A DNA stretch of 63,869 bases, filler included, from Rhabdomonas costata (Eukaryota), in the NCBI GenBank assembly GCA_019059605.1. It is 16 parts of 16 records of this genome, joined end to end, with 100 filler letters (N's around TTAATTAATTAA, not from the genome) between each part and the next. Parts side by side here need not be neighbours in the genome. Positions count along the whole stretch, not along the records: positions 60,001 to 63,869 come from JAHMHO010000471.1; 15 more parts are not named here. One strand, given 5' to 3'. A program made the translations under genes and the position numbers. Each line of letters begins with the position of its first letter. Position 1 is the stretch's first letter. Below, one piece after another: positions 61,701 through 63,869 of the stretch. The notes below the pieces were generated by a model. It had not been told where the DNA came from and did no database searches. It was given only the letters and a program-made list of their open reading frames with translations.

Positions 61701-63869
61701 GTAAATCTCTAACAGCACTATGTAAATGGATTGCTAGTTTATATCATATTTACTTGTTTCAGCGGAACTTCTCGATTGATATGGTTTTTTTGCATTATAC
61801 GAAAGCAAGCACTTTAAACTTGATTCAACTCAATCGTTTTGTTTCTGCGGACTCTGCACACAATTCTCTCAAATTGGGCCTTATACAACACTCTGCTACC
61901 ACGCTTAAAGTGNNNNNNNNNNNNNNNNNNNNNNNNNNNNNNNNNNNNNNNNNNNNNNNNNNNNNNNNNNNNNNNNNNNNNNNNNNNNNNNNNNNNNNNN
62001 NNNNNNNNNNNNNNNNNNNNNNNNNNNNNNNNNNNNNNNNNNNNNNNNNNNNNNNNNNNNNNNNNNNNNNNNNNNNNNNNNNNNNNNNNNNNNNNNNNNN
62101 NNNNNNNNNNNNNNNNNNNNNNNNNNNNNNNNNNNNNNNNNNNNNNNNNNNNNNNNNNNNNNNNNNNNNNNNNNNNNNNNNNNNNNNNNNNNNNNNNNNN
62201 NNNNNNNNNNNNNNNNNNNNNNNNNNNNNNNNNNNNNNNNNNNNNNNNNNNNNNNNNNNNNNNNNNNNNNNNNTACTTTTAATTAGCGCCTATATATTTG
62301 GTGGTAGTGCCTCTGGACCCCAATCTATTTGTACTGCAGCACAAGGTGGGTGCTGACGGATCTTACCTAGGTGTCCTGGAATATATAATGTGAAGGTTCT
62401 TTACATTCGTCTGGTGGTATCTATCCTGATATTTTCTGCTTTATTTGCATTTCTGAAACTGAGGTGTGTGTTTCAATCACTTTCAATTTACTAAGCAGCT
62501 TTGCCGCAAATCTGTCGACATCTACAGTCAATGTGGTAGGATGCACAAGTTATATCTCTTGTTCTTGCCTTGGTGATCACACATTTTTTAGTTTAGAGTG
62601 GTTCAGTTGAGTCTACCCATTTATGTCTTTTCACAATATACAACACAAAAAAGGCAGTGGAGGTGGCAAGCTACCTCACACACGCATACCCTGTCATTTT
62701 CTTACCGCACTTGCACGCATATGCTCGCCTTCTACCACCATCTTCCCATCCGCTTGTGCTCCGCGGTGGGAATTGGCAATGTGGGTTCTGGGTCTAAAGT
62801 TGCGTTTCCGTGGATGGGTTCTGTGCGTAGCGGGTACTGAGTTTTAGTGGTAGTGTCTTACGTGGTGACTTTGTGGCTGATGGTGACGTTAGAATTTATG
62901 CTGTGGTATCTGTGTTTCTGGGTCATTTTTCTTGGCTGGTTGGGTTCTGTTCTCTGTCTGTAGATGATGTATTCCTGGGTTATGTGCTGGTTCTATTTTT
63001 CGGGTTGTCTTGTGTTGTCGTCGTTGTCTCCATGATAGTCATTGGTGTTTGTTGCGTGAATGTGTGCAGAATTTGCCCTCACTTCTGAGTTCTTATATTC
63101 TTTTCTTTCCGACAAGTGAGCGTCTCGAGTGTGTTGGATGTTGGATAGAATTGGATGTTGTTATGGCAGTAACAAATGGGTTATGTGTGATAGGCGAGTA
63201 TGTGGAGATTTTTTGATTGGTTGTGTGGTATTCGTGTGTCGGTGTTACGCGTTCTTGTCTGTGGTGCCTTTGTTGCGTGAAAATGACGGGTTTTGTGGCT
63301 CTGTCTTTGCGGTGTGTTCTGCGATGGGTTGGTGGTCTATCGAGGTTGTATTGTTCTCTATTGTCGTTGTTTTTTGTTGAATATTCTAGCTGCAAGCTGG
63401 TTATGGCTTCATCTTATGGGATATTATTATATTTTATTATTATATTGTTATATATGGGATTGGGTTGTGCGTCGCTTGGGCTCTGTGTATGGTTGCAAGC
63501 GCGGTGTGTGTGGGTGGGTGATGCTTCAAAGTTGGGTGGGTTGACGGGCAACTTTAGATTCAGTACGTAGATGGGTTTGTGGATGATTGTAAATTTTTGA
63601 AACCAACAGGTATGTATTATTTACTTATGGGCTGGTGTGCATGTTGGTCTGCTATCGTTATATCTACGCCTTCTGCTGTCGATGTTTCTGTGTGTCTATG
63701 AGGTATTCTGTGTCACTGGTGGGTGGATTTGTAGACGTGGTCTTGGTTGCATTGGTTGACGTGGTGCTGGGAGTGCTGATTGGGGTGATTTGTTGGGTAT
63801 TTGTTGTGGTGAGCTTGATGCAAAATAGGTTCCATTACGCGTGTGTTCTTTATTGCATTCTTGCGCAGT

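Noticed and set aside
61754-62356. ORFs of 147-200 aa in the track
   Set aside because: They are made mostly of the N gap.
1-63869. Operon or gene-cluster reading (e.g. TUTase + NYN nuclease + RNR as one system)
   Set aside because: The genes are on separate, arbitrarily concatenated contigs, so adjacency carries no information.

Overview
This window is not one locus. It is 16 unrelated ~3.9-kb contigs joined by artificial N-TTAATTAATTAA-N spacers, so genes on different contigs are not neighbours. The DNA is eukaryotic nuclear DNA from an intron-rich protist. It is probably a euglenozoan (euglenid-like), judging from a spliced monomeric class II B12 ribonucleotide reductase, an I/6-type EF-hand module, a HAMP-cyclase receptor and PPEF. 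Perfect fold-back inversions at six contig ends point to a whole-genome-amplified (single-cell) assembly. By manual splicing I could rebuild GPI8, class II RNR, PPEF, a Cid1/TUTase-type nucleotidyltransferase, a DnaJ protein, a Cys-rich GCC2/GCC3-repeat protein, a C2+EF-hand protein, a RING-H2 protein and a class III cyclase, almost all with GT-AG introns. There is also a decayed LINE with RT and RNase H motifs. The best candidates for something new are (1) a RING-NYN ribonuclease-Cys-rich-cold-shock fusion gene on a contig whose ends overlap head-to-tail (tandem array or circle) and (2) an intron-poor cassette encoding an RPA-like OB-fold protein and a long Zn-finger + catalytically dead USP-fold ORF, possibly Helitron-like. 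All family calls come from motifs recognised by eye; no database search was run.
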